Origin: an uncultured Flavobacteriaceae bacterium
Lineage (GTDB): Bacteria; Bacteroidota; Bacteroidia; Flavobacteriales; Flavobacteriaceae
NCBI GenBank assembly: GCA_963811195.1
Contig: CAWEQF010000006.1
Location: forward strand, 24,905 to 88,904
Direction of reading: 5' to 3'
DNA length: 64,000 nucleotides
The notes below the pieces were generated by a model. The model was not told the DNA's origin, did not search any database, and worked only from the letters and a program-made list of their open reading frames with translations. The translations under genes were made by a program, and so were the position numbers. Every line of letters starts with the position of its first letter. Positions within the stretch are counted from its first letter, which is position 1. This document shows positions 38,297-48,949 of this stretch, in pieces.

Positions 38297-39757
38297 ATGA
38301 ACGAAGAAATAAGAGCTCTTGAGCCAAAAACATTATGGAATAAATTCGCCGATTTAAATGCGGTGCCACGACCTTCTAAAAATGAGGAAAGAGTAGTGGA
38401 GTTTATAAAAGATTTTGGGGAGAGCCGCGGTTTGGAAACTACAATAGATTCCGGAGGGAATGTGATTATAAAAAAACCTGCGACGGCAGGAATGGAAAAT
38501 AGACAGCCGGTAGTGCTTCAATCCCATCTGGATATGGTACACCAAAAAAATAATAGCACTAACTTCAATTTTGATACCCAGGGAATTGAAATGTATGTAG
38601 ACGGAGATTGGGTTAGAGCAAAAGGAACCACCCTGGGAGCCGATAATGGTTTGGGCGTGGCCACGATTATGGCAATTCTTGAAAGAAATGATATCGAGCA
38701 TCCTGCCATTGAAGCTCTTTTTACCATAGATGAAGAAACCGGGATGACGGGTGCCAAAGAACTGCAGGAAAATCTCTTAAAAGGTGAAATACTTTTAAAC
38801 CTGGATACCGAAGAAGATGATGAAATAGGAATTGGGTGCGCCGGAGGAATCGATATCACTGCCACAAAAAAATATAGGGAAGTAGAAACTCCCGACGGTG
38901 CTGCCGCTTTTAAAGTGTTGGTAAACGGATTGCAGGGAGGCCATTCGGGAATGGATATTATTAAAGGACTTGGGAATGCCAATAAATTCATGAATCGTTT
39001 GCTTTTTGACGCTTCTGAAAATCTGGACATGCAAATAGCCTGGATTTCCGGCGGAGGTCTTCGCAATGCCATTCCACGGGAAAGTGAAGCGGTAGTAACG
39101 GTAGATGATCTTCAGAAAAAAGCATTTCTAAGCGAAATTGGGAAAATTTCAGAAGAAATCAGGCAGGAATACGCTTCCTTAGAACCCAGATTAAACATAG
39201 AGATTTCTGAAACTGAAGTTCCCGCAAAAGTAATGCATGAAGAAGACAGGGGATATATACTTAAAACTCTGTACGCTGCCCATAATGGTGTTTACAGAAT
39301 GAGTCCTGATATTGAAGAATTAGTGGAGACATCCAATAATATCGCGAAAGTAGAAGTAAAGGAAGGACACGCAGAAATTAGATGCCTTACCCGTTCTTCG
39401 GTAGATTCTTCCAAAGAAGATCTGGTAAGAAGCCTTACTTCCTGTTTTGAACTTGGAAAATTTCATGTAAAACTTTCCGGCGATTATCCAGGGTGGACAC
39501 CCGATAGAGATTCTGCAATTTTAAAGGTGTTAGATAAATTGTATCAAAAACTCAACGGGCAAAAAGCAGATATTGCTGCCTGTCATGCGGGGCTGGAATG
39601 TGGAATTATAGGTGCTCATTATCCGGAAATGGATATGATCTCTTTTGGACCTACAATTAGAGGCGCACATTCTCCCGATGAAAGAGCCAGTATTTCTTCA
39701 ACAAAAAAATACTGGAAGTTTATTATCGAAATTCTGAAGAATATTCCTGAAAAATGA
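38297..39757 (+). CDS. pepD: Aminoacyl-histidine dipeptidase (M20)
   Basis: QSHLDMV, TLGADNG, DEETG, NLDTE, GGHSG, HAGLECG, HSPDE. Confidence 0.95.
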   Translation: MNEEIRALEPKTLWNKFADLNAVPRPSKNEERVVEFIKDFGESRGLETTIDSGGNVIIKKPATAGMENRQPVVLQSHLDMVHQKNNSTNFNFDTQGIEMYVDGDWVRAKGTTLGADNGLGVATIMAILERNDIEHPAIEALFTIDEETGMTGAKELQENLLKGEILLNLDTEEDDEIGIGCAGGIDITATKKYREVETPDGAAAFKVLVNGLQGGHSGMDIIKGLGNANKFMNRLLFDASENLDMQIAWISGGGLRNAIPRESEAVVTVDDLQKKAFLSEIGKISEEIRQEYASLEPRLNIEISETEVPAKVMHEEDRGYILKTLYAAHNGVYRMSPDIEELVETSNNIAKVEVKEGHAEIRCLTRSSVDSSKEDLVRSLTSCFELGKFHVKLSGDYPGWTPDRDSAILKVLDKLYQKLNGQKADIAACHAGLECGIIGAHYPEMDMISFGPTIRGAHSPDERASISSTKKYWKFIIEILKNIPEK

Positions 39758-39931
39758 AATACGGCTATTGATTTTTTATGAAAATAAAAGGTAATAAATA
39801 CTTTATCGGCAAAAAAAAGGGCTTTATTTTCAAGTCCTTGCAAAAGATATTTTTTTTGCTTCCTGCCCTCTTTTTTGTGTGTTTAATGTACTAATTTTAA
39901 GCCTTCAAATTAAAAATTCTAAGCCTTTTTC

Positions 39932-41824
39932 ATGAAAACTTCCCGACATTTTGTTATCGATTTTGACAGTACATTTACTCAAGTAGAAGCCCTGGATGTT
40001 CTGGGAGAAATCTCGTTAAAAACCGATTCAAAAAAACAGGAGAAACTTACAAAACTTACAGATCTTACCGATCGTGGAATGAGCGGGGATTTATCTTTTA
40101 GAGAGTCCCTGGATCTTAGGCTAAAATTGTTGGAGCCTAAAAAAGAACATTTACAGCCGCTGGTAGAATTATTAAAAAGTAAAATTTCTACCTCATTCGT
40201 TCGGAATGAATCATTTTTTTCTGAGAATCGGGAAAATATTTATATCGTTTCCAATGGCTTTAAAGAATTCATTATACCCATTGTATCAGAACTGGGCCTT
40301 AAAGCAGAGAATGTTTATGCCAATACTTTTAAATTCGATGCCCAGGGAAATATCACGGGCTTTGATAAGGAGAATGTATTGTCTTCCAATAACGGTAAAG
40401 TAGAACTTTTAAAATCACTGGATTTAAAAGGAGATGTTTATGTAATTGGTGATGGTTACACAGATTATGAAATAAAAGCCGCAGGCCTGGCTAATAAGTT
40501 TTATGCCTTTACGGAAAATGTAGAGCGGGAAAAGGTTCTTAATAAAGCAGATCATATCACTCCCAGTCTTGATGAATTTTTATATGTACACAAAATGAAT
40601 AAAGCAATTTCTTATCCTAAAAACCGAATAAAAGTCCTTTTGCTTGAAAATGTGCATCCTGATGCTTTGGCCATAATGAAGAACGAGGGATATAATGTAA
40701 CAACCCACAGTGGTGCTTTAGATGAAGAGGAGCTTGCCGAAAAAATAAAGGATGTTTCGGTGTTAGGAATACGTTCCAAAACCAATTTAACTAAAAAAGT
40801 CCTGGAAAACGCGAATCGTTTAATCGCGGTAGGAGCGTTTTGTATAGGTACAAATCAAATTGATCTGGAGGAATGTTTAAAAAAAGGAGTAGCTGTTTTT
40901 AATGCTCCTTTTAGTAATACACGTTCTGTAGTAGAACTTGCCATTGGAGAAATCATACTGTTAATGCGGAATTTGCCTGATAAAATTCGCAAGATGCATG
41001 AAGGAAACTGGGATAAATCTTCGGCAGGAAGTTTTGAAATTCGAGGTAAAAAATTGGGTATTATAGGCTATGGCAATATTGGAGCGCAGCTTTCGGTAGT
41101 TGCAGAAGCCATTGGTTTTGATGTTTATTATTACGATCTGGTAGAAAAACTGGCCTTGGGAAATGCCACAAAATGCAACAGTCTTAAAGAGTTGTTGGAA
41201 ACAGTAGATATAGTTACCCTTCATATAGACGGAAGAAAGGAAAATAAAAACCTTATAGGAGAGAAACAATTCCGACAAATGAAAGAAGGGACTATTTTTC
41301 TGAACCTGAGCAGGGGTCATGTGGTAAATATTGATGCGCTGAAAGATGCCATGAATTCCGGAAAAATAAAAGGTGCAGGAGTAGATGTCTTTCCTAAAGA
41401 ACCAAAAACCAATCAGGATGCATTCGAATCTCCTCTGTGTGGTTTACCTAATGTGATACTTACTCCTCATATTGGGGGAAGTACTTTGGAAGCTCAGGAA
41501 AATATAGGGAATTTTGTTCCGGGCAAAATCATTGAATATATTAATACAGGAGGAACTTTTAACAGTGTGAATTTTCCAAACCTGCAACTTCCTATTTTAG
41601 AAAATGCGCATCGGTTAATTCATATTCACCATAATAAACCGGGCATTATAGCACAAATAAATAAAATTCTTGCTATGAATGATATCAATATTGTTGGTCA
41701 GTATCTTAAAACCAATGAGACGGTTGGATATGTAATTACAGATATAGATAAGCAATATGATAATGCTGTAATAAAAGAATTAAAAGGAATTAAGGATACT
41801 ATTAAATTCCGTATTCTCTATTAA
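39932..41824 (+). CDS. serA: HAD phosphoserine phosphatase-like domain fused to D-3-phosphoglycerate dehydrogenase (+ACT)
   Basis: N-terminal DFDST..GDGYTD; then FCIGTNQ, GIIGYGNIG, TPHIGGST, HHNKPG. Confidence 0.93.
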   Translation: MKTSRHFVIDFDSTFTQVEALDVLGEISLKTDSKKQEKLTKLTDLTDRGMSGDLSFRESLDLRLKLLEPKKEHLQPLVELLKSKISTSFVRNESFFSENRENIYIVSNGFKEFIIPIVSELGLKAENVYANTFKFDAQGNITGFDKENVLSSNNGKVELLKSLDLKGDVYVIGDGYTDYEIKAAGLANKFYAFTENVEREKVLNKADHITPSLDEFLYVHKMNKAISYPKNRIKVLLLENVHPDALAIMKNEGYNVTTHSGALDEEELAEKIKDVSVLGIRSKTNLTKKVLENANRLIAVGAFCIGTNQIDLEECLKKGVAVFNAPFSNTRSVVELAIGEIILLMRNLPDKIRKMHEGNWDKSSAGSFEIRGKKLGIIGYGNIGAQLSVVAEAIGFDVYYYDLVEKLALGNATKCNSLKELLETVDIVTLHIDGRKENKNLIGEKQFRQMKEGTIFLNLSRGHVVNIDALKDAMNSGKIKGAGVDVFPKEPKTNQDAFESPLCGLPNVILTPHIGGSTLEAQENIGNFVPGKIIEYINTGGTFNSVNFPNLQLPILENAHRLIHIHHNKPGIIAQINKILAMNDINIVGQYLKTNETVGYVITDIDKQYDNAVIKELKGIKDTIKFRILY

Positions 41825-41840
41825 AAATAGAACTAAAGCT

Positions 41841-41875
41841 AAAAAAGGCCATCAAAACAGATGGCCTTTTTTTTT
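41841..41875. terminator. Bidirectional intrinsic terminator
   Basis: AAAAAAGGCCATC-aaaaca-GATGGCCTTTTTTTTT between convergent genes. Confidence 0.88.
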
Positions 41876-41893
41876 AATATTTTTCTAAAAATT

Positions 41894-43015
41894 TTACTTT
41901 ATTCCAATCATTTCTATTTGGAAAACCAAATCGGTATTAGGAGGAATCACTCCTCCGGCACCTCTTTCACCATAGGCTAAATGGGAAGGAATATAGAGAA
42001 CTACTTTATCTCCAACCCGCATTTGCTGCAGACCTTCCTTAAATCCGGGAATAACTTTTGCATCGGGACCGTAGGGAATTTCCATAGGTTGGTAACCTAT
42101 CTGGTCTTTACGTTGCTGGCTAAAAGCTCCAGATTTAACAGCGAGATCTTCCATGCTGGTATCAAATAAAGTTCCGTCCTGGAAATAGCCTGCGTAGTCT
42201 ACTTTCACAACATCTCCGGTTTTGGGTTGTGGCCCGTCTCCTTTCTTAAGGAAATAAATTTGCAGTCCGCTTTCCAGTGTTTTTGCATCATTCTTAAAAG
42301 AGGCAAATTTTTGTTTCGCTTCTTCCCTGGCGACTTGCTGTTTTTTAGCCGTTTCTTCTTCCTCTTTTTTCACTTTAGCCAGTTCGTTCTCAAAGATTTC
42401 TTTTGCGTTAAAATCTTTTGCTTCCTGTCCTTTTCTAATAATATTTACATTATTGATTTTCACATCCACTTCAGGTTTATCGCCGGGACCTGTTTTTACG
42501 GTTCCAATGCTGTCTACGGTTTCCTGACCTTTAATTACTTCTCCAAAAATGGTATGTTTCCCGTTTAACCATGGGGTTTCTTTAAGAGTGATAAAGAACT
42601 GACTCCCATTGGTGTTTGGGCCCGCATTGGCCATGGCAAGAATTCCTTTTTTATCGAACTGTAAAGAATCTACAATTTCATCTGGAAATTTGTACCCGGG
42701 ATCGCCGCTTCCCGTGCCTGTAGGATCACCTCCCTGGATCATAAAATCTTTAATCACCCGGTGAAAGATTAACCCGTCATAGAATTTTTTTCCTTGATAT
42801 AGGCTGTCCACCATAGAATGGCTTTTTCCTTCGGCAAGAGCTACAAAATTAGCTACGGTAAGAGGGGTAGCTTTATAATTAAGACGAGCAAGAAAAGAAC
42901 CTTTAGAGGTATTGAACTCTGCATAAATTCCATCTTTTAGATCTGGATAATCTTCCTTGCAGGAAACCATTCCTAATAAAACAGTACAGATAAATAAGAA
43001 TTTTAATTTTTTCAT
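41894..43015 (-). CDS. Lipoprotein peptidyl-prolyl isomerase (cyclophilin + FKBP domains)
   Basis: MVSC lipobox; [31 protein letters not shown]; [17 protein letters not shown]. Confidence 0.93.
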   Translation of the reverse strand: MKKLKFLFICTVLLGMVSCKEDYPDLKDGIYAEFNTSKGSFLARLNYKATPLTVANFVALAEGKSHSMVDSLYQGKKFYDGLIFHRVIKDFMIQGGDPTGTGSGDPGYKFPDEIVDSLQFDKKGILAMANAGPNTNGSQFFITLKETPWLNGKHTIFGEVIKGQETVDSIGTVKTGPGDKPEVDVKINNVNIIRKGQEAKDFNAKEIFENELAKVKKEEEETAKKQQVAREEAKQKFASFKNDAKTLESGLQIYFLKKGDGPQPKTGDVVKVDYAGYFQDGTLFDTSMEDLAVKSGAFSQQRKDQIGYQPMEIPYGPDAKVIPGFKEGLQQMRVGDKVVLYIPSHLAYGERGAGGVIPPNTDLVFQIEMIGIK

Positions 43016-43016
43016 T

Positions 43017-43586
43017 TTAATTTTGAGAATTTTGGTTGTCTTTTTCAGTTATAGAGTGTAAGGTAACCCTGGTAATAACAGGAACATTCGTTCCTATTTT
43101 ATTTTTGTCGCCATAATAGCCAAATGCTTTATGAGAAGGAAAAAGAAAGGTTACGGTTTCCCCTTCTTTCATAAGTTTAAGACCTTCACGCAGGCCGCTA
43201 AATAGTTCTTGTTTATCCATCACATAATTTTGGGTAGGTAATTCTCCTTCAGCATAGATAGGCTTCCCATCAAGAGTGGATATGGAATAATCGAAATTTA
43301 TGGTATCGCCGTAATCGGGCGTTTTTGTGTTTAAGGTATCGGTAGATTTTTTATTGTAATAATACCAGAACCCGTTGGTGGACGCCAAATAGTTTCTTGT
43401 CGAATCTTTTTTAATAATTTCTTGTATAGTTGCTTCTTCTCGTGCAACAAGTTTTTTATTTCTTAAAATAGATTCATTTATAAAAGAACCCGATTTTTGG
43501 GTTACAGGTTTCCGTGCCTGCGGCGATTTACATGCTATAAATCCTGAGCAGAGCACTATTATATAAAGAATTCTTTTAATTATCAT
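43017..43586 (-). CDS. gldI: Gliding-motility lipoprotein PPIase GldI
   Basis: FIAC lipobox, [39 protein letters not shown]; lies between a PPIase and a DHH gene. Confidence 0.88.
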   Translation of the reverse strand: MIIKRILYIIVLCSGFIACKSPQARKPVTQKSGSFINESILRNKKLVAREEATIQEIIKKDSTRNYLASTNGFWYYYNKKSTDTLNTKTPDYGDTINFDYSISTLDGKPIYAEGELPTQNYVMDKQELFSGLREGLKLMKEGETVTFLFPSHKAFGYYGDKNKIGTNVPVITRVTLHSITEKDNQNSQN

Positions 43587-44599
43587 TTCAATTTCTCCTT
43601 ATATTCTAGAAGCAACTTATTAAATTTTTCGGTAGTTTCTGCCATAGAAAGATTACTTTTTCCTCCTGCCGCATTTTCATGGCCTCCTCCGTTAAAATTG
43701 GCTCTGGCGAATTCATTAACGGAAAAAGCACCTTTAGATCTAAAACTTATTTTTATAATTCCCTCGGCCTTGTGTTCTATAAAAATAGCGGCAAAAATTA
43801 TTCCTTCCAAAGTTAATCCATAATTTACAAATCCTTCTGTATCTCCTTTTTTGAAGTTATTTGCATCCAGTTCTTCTTGGGAAAGAGTGATATAAGCCGT
43901 TCTTAATTCTTGATTTACCCTTAGGTTCTGAAGGGCAACCCCCAATAATTGAAGTCGGCTTTCAGAAAATGTATCATAAATTCTTTGATGAATTAAAGCA
44001 CCATCGGCTCCTTTATCTATTAAATCGGCTATGGCACGATGGGTATCACTTGTAGTAGACTTAAATCTGAAAGAACCTGTATCGGTCATAATTCCGGCGT
44101 ATAAACACGTAGCTATATCGGCGGTTATTTCAGAAAGTCCATTCAGTTTTTTAATAAAGGTATAGATCATCTCGCAGGTAGAACTCATATGCGTATCACT
44201 AAATGTAACACTCGCATACTCATCCGGCATTGGGTGATGATCAATCATTATATATTTTGCGCAACTTGCCTGTTCCAGTAGAATCCCCATATCTCCGGAC
44301 CGGTGTAAACTATTAAAATCCAAAGTGAAAATGAGATCTGCTTCAGCAATCAATTTCCTGCAGGATTCTGCCTGCTGTTCAAAAATTAAAATTTCCTCGC
44401 TACCGGGCAGCCATTTTAAAAATTCCGGATAATCATTGGGAGAAATAACCGAAACGTTTGCTGTTTTATTCTTTAAAAAATGGTAGAGTCCCAGACTGGA
44501 ACCAATAGCGTCGCCATCGGGGCCTTTATGAGGAACAATTACAATTTTAGCCGCTGAGGTAATTAATTCCCTTGCTTCCTTAATTTTTTTATCTGTCAT
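43583..44599 (-). CDS. nrnA: DHH family phosphoesterase (NrnA-like nanoRNase/pAp phosphatase)
   Basis: HKGPDGDAIGS, IDHH, TDTGSF, GGGHENAAG. Confidence 0.88.
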   Translation of the reverse strand: MTDKKIKEARELITSAAKIVIVPHKGPDGDAIGSSLGLYHFLKNKTANVSVISPNDYPEFLKWLPGSEEILIFEQQAESCRKLIAEADLIFTLDFNSLHRSGDMGILLEQASCAKYIMIDHHPMPDEYASVTFSDTHMSSTCEMIYTFIKKLNGLSEITADIATCLYAGIMTDTGSFRFKSTTSDTHRAIADLIDKGADGALIHQRIYDTFSESRLQLLGVALQNLRVNQELRTAYITLSQEELDANNFKKGDTEGFVNYGLTLEGIIFAAIFIEHKAEGIIKISFRSKGAFSVNEFARANFNGGGHENAAGGKSNLSMAETTEKFNKLLLEYKEKLK

Positions 44600-44767
44600 A
44601 ATAGGGCGTAAAGATACAATTTAATACCAGTTGCAAAATAGTTCGATAGGTGAATTCTCCGGCTTTTCTAGAAGAATAATGAAGAGTTGTATTACTTAGG
44701 GGAGGTCTTGGAAACTTTAAATTTGAATTAAAAAGTAATATTTTCTTGGTTAAATGCCTTCTTTGCG

Positions 44768-44775
44768 TACTTTTG
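44768..44775 (+). promoter_or_regulatory. Sigma-A -7 element (TACTTTTG) for ndk
   Basis: 22 nt upstream of the ATG. Confidence 0.55.
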
Positions 44776-44797
44776 CAAAAAATTTAAAATCCATAAA

Positions 44798-45217
44798 ATG
44801 GCTAATAACAGAACGTTTACAATGCTTAAACCCGATGCAGTAGAGAACGGGAATATTGGGGCAATCCTGGAACAAATTACCGCTTCCGGTTTTCGAATTG
44901 TAGCAATGAAATTAACAAGAATGACCCGTCACGATGCGGAAACTTTTTATGAAATCCATAAAGAGCGCCCTTTCTTCAGTGAGTTGGTGGAATATATGAC
45001 CCGGGGTCCAATAGTAGCTGCTATTCTTGAAAAGGACAATGCTGTTGAAGATTTTAGAACTCTTATAGGAGCTACCAATCCTGAAGAAGCCGCAGAAGGA
45101 ACCATTCGTAAAAAATATGCCGCATCTATTGGGGAGAATGCGGTTCATGGGAGCGATAGCGATGAAAATGCAGCGATAGAATCTGCTTTTCACTTTGCAG
45201 GAAGAGAAATGTTTTAA
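44798..45217 (+). CDS. ndk: Nucleoside diphosphate kinase
   Basis: [30 protein letters not shown]. Confidence 0.97.
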   Translation: MANNRTFTMLKPDAVENGNIGAILEQITASGFRIVAMKLTRMTRHDAETFYEIHKERPFFSELVEYMTRGPIVAAILEKDNAVEDFRTLIGATNPEEAAEGTIRKKYAASIGENAVHGSDSDENAAIESAFHFAGREMF

Positions 45218-45243
45218 AAACTATTTTCTTCTGGAAAAATTAA

Positions 45244-45272
45244 AAAAAGCTGCACGTTTCGTGCAGCTTTTT
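45244..45272. terminator. Bidirectional intrinsic terminator
   Basis: AAAAAGCTGCACG-ttt-CGTGCAGCTTTTT. Confidence 0.88.
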
Positions 45273-45314
45273 GCTTTTGGTACTTTCTCTTTAAAACACT
45301 CTCTTTTATAAGGA

Positions 45315-45608
45315 TTATCGCAGGATTAATTTTTTAATTAATTCTTTTCCCAGGCTTTCATTAAGGTTATTGATTATTTTTTCTTTCCCGTAACTTAATT
45401 CTTCTCGTAACACCGAGGAAGTAAGCATTACATATAATGTCGTGCCTTCCAGTTTTACCGCGTTGGTATATTTTTTAACAGCAGGACCCATCTGCTCATT
45501 CCAAACATCCCGGGCCTTTACTTTATTAAGTCCTTTTTCAAGTTTGTTGTCGTTTACAAATTCCTGAAGTGCTTCGCTTAATTTAAGATGTTCATTATTT
45601 CTTTTCAT
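45315..45608 (-). CDS. DUF721 / DciA-like protein
   Basis: W..MG..V..YT..V.L...TLYV.L.SSVLREEL pattern; in the recF operon. Confidence 0.78.
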   Translation of the reverse strand: MKRNNEHLKLSEALQEFVNDNKLEKGLNKVKARDVWNEQMGPAVKKYTNAVKLEGTTLYVMLTSSVLREELSYGKEKIINNLNESLGKELIKKLILR

Positions 45609-46029
45609 GGGCTTCTTCTAAAAGGGGTTTGTAGCGTTTATAATGATAAATTACACCGTTTTCGTTTTTAATACTCATAGTATTTTTTTGAGCAGCCAAA
45701 ACGGTTTCTTTCCATTTATTATAGGGAGTGGAATAATATAAATATAAGCTGTCGTTTTTAATTTTTGCCGTTATATCTTCTTTATTTCCAGAATCAATAA
45801 AACTTCCATTTATCTGGGCTCTCACTTTTTTTCTGAAGCCGGTATGACTCCTGTCATCAATTTGCAAATAATCTACGTTTGCACTGAATTTGAACTTTCG
45901 AATAGAATCTTTGGCGAATTCCACCTGGTTAATTTGCCAATACCCGTTAAGGTTTTTTAATTGTTCCTCAGGATCCTGTTTTGAACAGGAAATAAATAAA
46001 ATAACTAATAAAAACGCAATTTTTTTCAT
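45595..46029 (-). CDS. Lipoprotein, lipocalin-like
   Basis: FISC lipobox, LNGYWQI motif. Confidence 0.65.
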   Translation of the reverse strand: MKKIAFLLVILFISCSKQDPEEQLKNLNGYWQINQVEFAKDSIRKFKFSANVDYLQIDDRSHTGFRKKVRAQINGSFIDSGNKEDITAKIKNDSLYLYYSTPYNKWKETVLAAQKNTMSIKNENGVIYHYKRYKPLLEEAHEKK

Positions 46030-46052
46030 AACTACTTTTCTGAAATCGAAAT

Positions 46053-47132
46053 TTATAATTTAAATATTTTATAAGACTGATTGCTTTGTTTTACCACTTT
46101 TTCTGTCCGCTGCGCGTGGGTGTCGCTAATAAATATCTGTCCAAGTTCTTCCCGGCTTACCAGAGCAACTAATTGGGTTACCCTTTGCTCGTCAAGTTTA
46201 TCAAAAATATCATCTAATAATAAAACCGGATTGGCCTTTCTAATATTTTTTATAAAATCGAACTGCGCAAGTTTTAGAGCTATCAAAAAGGATTTTTGTT
46301 GTCCCTGCGATCCGAATTTTTTTATCGAGTGACCTTCAATCTCAAAGCTTAAATCGTCTTTATGTGTACCCACACTGGTATATTGAAGCACCATATCTTT
46401 TTGCAGGTTTTCTTTCAGCAGTTCTTCCAGTGGTGCATCGGCAAGTTTACTTTTATATTCTATAGATACCTGTTCTTTTTTATTGGCAATATCGGCATAC
46501 CTGGTATTAAAAATGGGTATAAATTCATGGAGAAAGGCTTTTCTTTTTTCAAAAAGAACACTTCCCATTTGCGCCATTTGGGCATTGTAAATTTCCAGGG
46601 TATCACGGTCAAATTTGTGGTTTGCGGCAAAGAATTTCAGTAAGGCGTTTCGTTGTGCTACCACTTTGGTATACTGTAAAAGGGTGTGCAGATATTCAGT
46701 ATCGCTTTGTGAAATCACCCCATCAATAAATTTTCGCCGGGTCTCACTGCCTTCCAGAATAAGATCACGATCTCCGGGGGAGATAATTACGGCTGGAATA
46801 AATCCTATATGCTCACTAAATTTCTCGTAGGGTTTGTTGTTTCGCTTTATTACTTTTTTTTGTCCTTTGCGGGCACTAATCAGGATTTGTTCGTCCCTTT
46901 CATTTTTCTCTACGTTCGCTTCAATAACAAAAAAATCGGCTTCGTGATTTATATTTTGGCTGGTAATGGGATTAAAATAACTTTTCCCGAAGGAAAGGTG
47001 ATAAATGCTATCCAGAACATTCGTTTTACCTACTCCATTCGGCCCGACCAAACAATTTATTTTGGGGTCAAATTCGAAGGAAATAGAATCAAAATTTTTA
47101 TAGTTGATTAATGATAAAGTTTTTATAAACAT
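46053..47132 (-). CDS. recF: DNA replication/repair protein RecF
   Basis: [34 protein letters not shown]. Confidence 0.96.
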   Translation of the reverse strand: MFIKTLSLINYKNFDSISFEFDPKINCLVGPNGVGKTNVLDSIYHLSFGKSYFNPITSQNINHEADFFVIEANVEKNERDEQILISARKGQKKVIKRNNKPYEKFSEHIGFIPAVIISPGDRDLILEGSETRRKFIDGVISQSDTEYLHTLLQYTKVVAQRNALLKFFAANHKFDRDTLEIYNAQMAQMGSVLFEKRKAFLHEFIPIFNTRYADIANKKEQVSIEYKSKLADAPLEELLKENLQKDMVLQYTSVGTHKDDLSFEIEGHSIKKFGSQGQQKSFLIALKLAQFDFIKNIRKANPVLLLDDIFDKLDEQRVTQLVALVSREELGQIFISDTHAQRTEKVVKQSNQSYKIFKL

Positions 47133-47277
47133 ATATTGCTGATATTCAGCTAATTAAATTCAGTAATATTTTCAATAAAGGTATAAGATTGAGTTCGAAA
47201 ATATTAAAAAATAAGAAATAATTTCCCTTTTAAATAAGAATAAAAATTTTATTTTTGCCACACATTAAACCGAATTT

Positions 47278-48048
47278 ATGGCGACTTACAAGAAAAAAGG
47301 TACTAAACCGGCCACTAAAGAAGAACGTGCTAAGTTAGCAGAAGAAAAATCTACAACCGCAGGCGTTTTTAACAGACTTGACGAAGGTGCAAGCAAAACC
47401 GAGTTTTGGGTTGCCGAACACCAGAATTATATTTACATTATTGTTGGAATTGCAGCCCTAGTAATTTTAGGATATTTAGGATATGAGCGATTTATCTCCG
47501 GTCCAACCGAGAAAGAAGCTGCCAATGAAATGGCCGTAGCTCAAACCTATTTTAACAATGCATTGAATGAAACCGGAACTGCACAGGATTCTCTTTATAA
47601 CCTTGCATTAAATGGTGGGGAAGGGAAATACGGATTTTTAGATATTATAGATAATTACAGCGGAACTCCTTCTGCGGATCTTGCTAATTATTATGCTGGC
47701 TTCTCTTACCTAAATACAAACGATTATCAAAAGGCCATAGATTATCTTGAAGATTATAACGGCGATGATGAAATCACAGCACCTTTGGCAGTAGAGGGAA
47801 TAGGAGATGCTTTTATGCAACTGAACCAGCCTGAACAGGCTTTGAAGTATTACGACAAGGCAGCATCTATGCGTTCTAATACATTTACAACTCCAAAAGC
47901 TTTATTAAAAGCAGCAATTACTGCACTTCAATTAGATAAAAAAGATAAGGCGGAAGAGTATTTAACTCGTATTAAAGATGAATTTGCCGATACGCCCGAA
48001 GCTCAAAAAGTTCCTGTCTATATGGGGCAGGCACAGGCAATGAAATAA
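47278..48048 (+). CDS. Membrane-anchored TPR protein (YfgM-like)
   Basis: One TM helix followed by TPRs; TATTTTTG promoter element at 47250-47257. Confidence 0.78.
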   Translation: MATYKKKGTKPATKEERAKLAEEKSTTAGVFNRLDEGASKTEFWVAEHQNYIYIIVGIAALVILGYLGYERFISGPTEKEAANEMAVAQTYFNNALNETGTAQDSLYNLALNGGEGKYGFLDIIDNYSGTPSADLANYYAGFSYLNTNDYQKAIDYLEDYNGDDEITAPLAVEGIGDAFMQLNQPEQALKYYDKAASMRSNTFTTPKALLKAAITALQLDKKDKAEEYLTRIKDEFADTPEAQKVPVYMGQAQAMK

Positions 48049-48052
48049 AAAT

Positions 48053-48550
48053 ATGGCTACTCAGGGTAAAAATCTTTCTGAATACGATAAAAATTCAATT
48101 CCAAACGCGAAGGACTTTCGGTTTGGAATTGTTGTTTCAGAGTGGAATGATGCCATTACTGAAGGACTTTTTAAGGGAGCCTACGATGCTTTAAAAGAAA
48201 ATGGCGTTCTTAACGAAAATATTGTTCGCTGGAATGTACCCGGAAGCTTTGAACTTATTTACGGTTCTAAAAAAATGCAGCAGAGCTATGATATGCTCGA
48301 TGCTGTTATTGCTATTGGAAGCGTGATCGAAGGAGAAACCAAACATTTCGATTTTGTTTGCCAGGCTGTTTCCCAGGGTATAAAGGATCTGAATGTTCAA
48401 AGCGATATTCCGGTGATTTTTTGTGTTCTAACAGATCAAAACATACAACAGGCAGTCGACAGATCTGGAGGAAAGCACGGAAATAAAGGGACAGAAGCCG
48501 CTATAGCCGCTATAAAGATGGCCCAACTTCGCAAAGACGCCCGGTTCTAA
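48053..48550 (+). CDS. ribH: 6,7-dimethyl-8-ribityllumazine synthase
   Basis: IVVSEWN, VPGSFEL, GETKHFDFV, GNKGTEAA. Confidence 0.96.
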   Translation: MATQGKNLSEYDKNSIPNAKDFRFGIVVSEWNDAITEGLFKGAYDALKENGVLNENIVRWNVPGSFELIYGSKKMQQSYDMLDAVIAIGSVIEGETKHFDFVCQAVSQGIKDLNVQSDIPVIFCVLTDQNIQQAVDRSGGKHGNKGTEAAIAAIKMAQLRKDARF

Positions 48551-48655
48551 ACTCTCCTTAGTTCGGCATTATTCTTGTTCATTTTATTTTGCTTGCTCTG
48601 GCTTCCTTTTGTGGGCCTTTTTAAGTAAATTTGAACATCTGTAAAATCCTTAATT

Positions 48656-48949
48656 TTGAAAATCAATTTCTTAAAATCCAGAAAAAACACCCGTTATAAT
48701 TATACTCCGCGTTATTATAAAGGGAAGAATGACGGAAATATCTATGATTTTGATTCAAAATTTCAGAAATACAGGGATACCACCAATAATATCGATTTTG
48801 GATCCCAATGGGCACACACCCGTTCTACGATGCGCAATCGTGGAAATCGTGAAATCAACAAAACGGTGCTTTACGTAATAGTTATTCTGATTCTTATATT
48901 TTTATGGGTTATAGATTTCGATTTGTCCATTTTTGCGAAATACTTTTAA
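48656..48949 (+). CDS. Small conserved membrane-anchored hypothetical protein
   Basis: 97 aa, YNYTPRYY motif, C-terminal TM; TAAATTTG at 48626-48633; abuts mutL. Confidence 0.7.
   Translation: MKINFLKSRKNTRYNYTPRYYKGKNDGNIYDFDSKFQKYRDTTNNIDFGSQWAHTRSTMRNRGNREINKTVLYVIVILILIFLWVIDFDLSIFAKYF

Noticed and set aside
47133-48052. FMN riboswitch upstream of ribH, or cobalamin riboswitch near the mutase genes
   Set aside because: The intergenic spaces are too short or too AT-rich and lack the conserved aptamer motifs.
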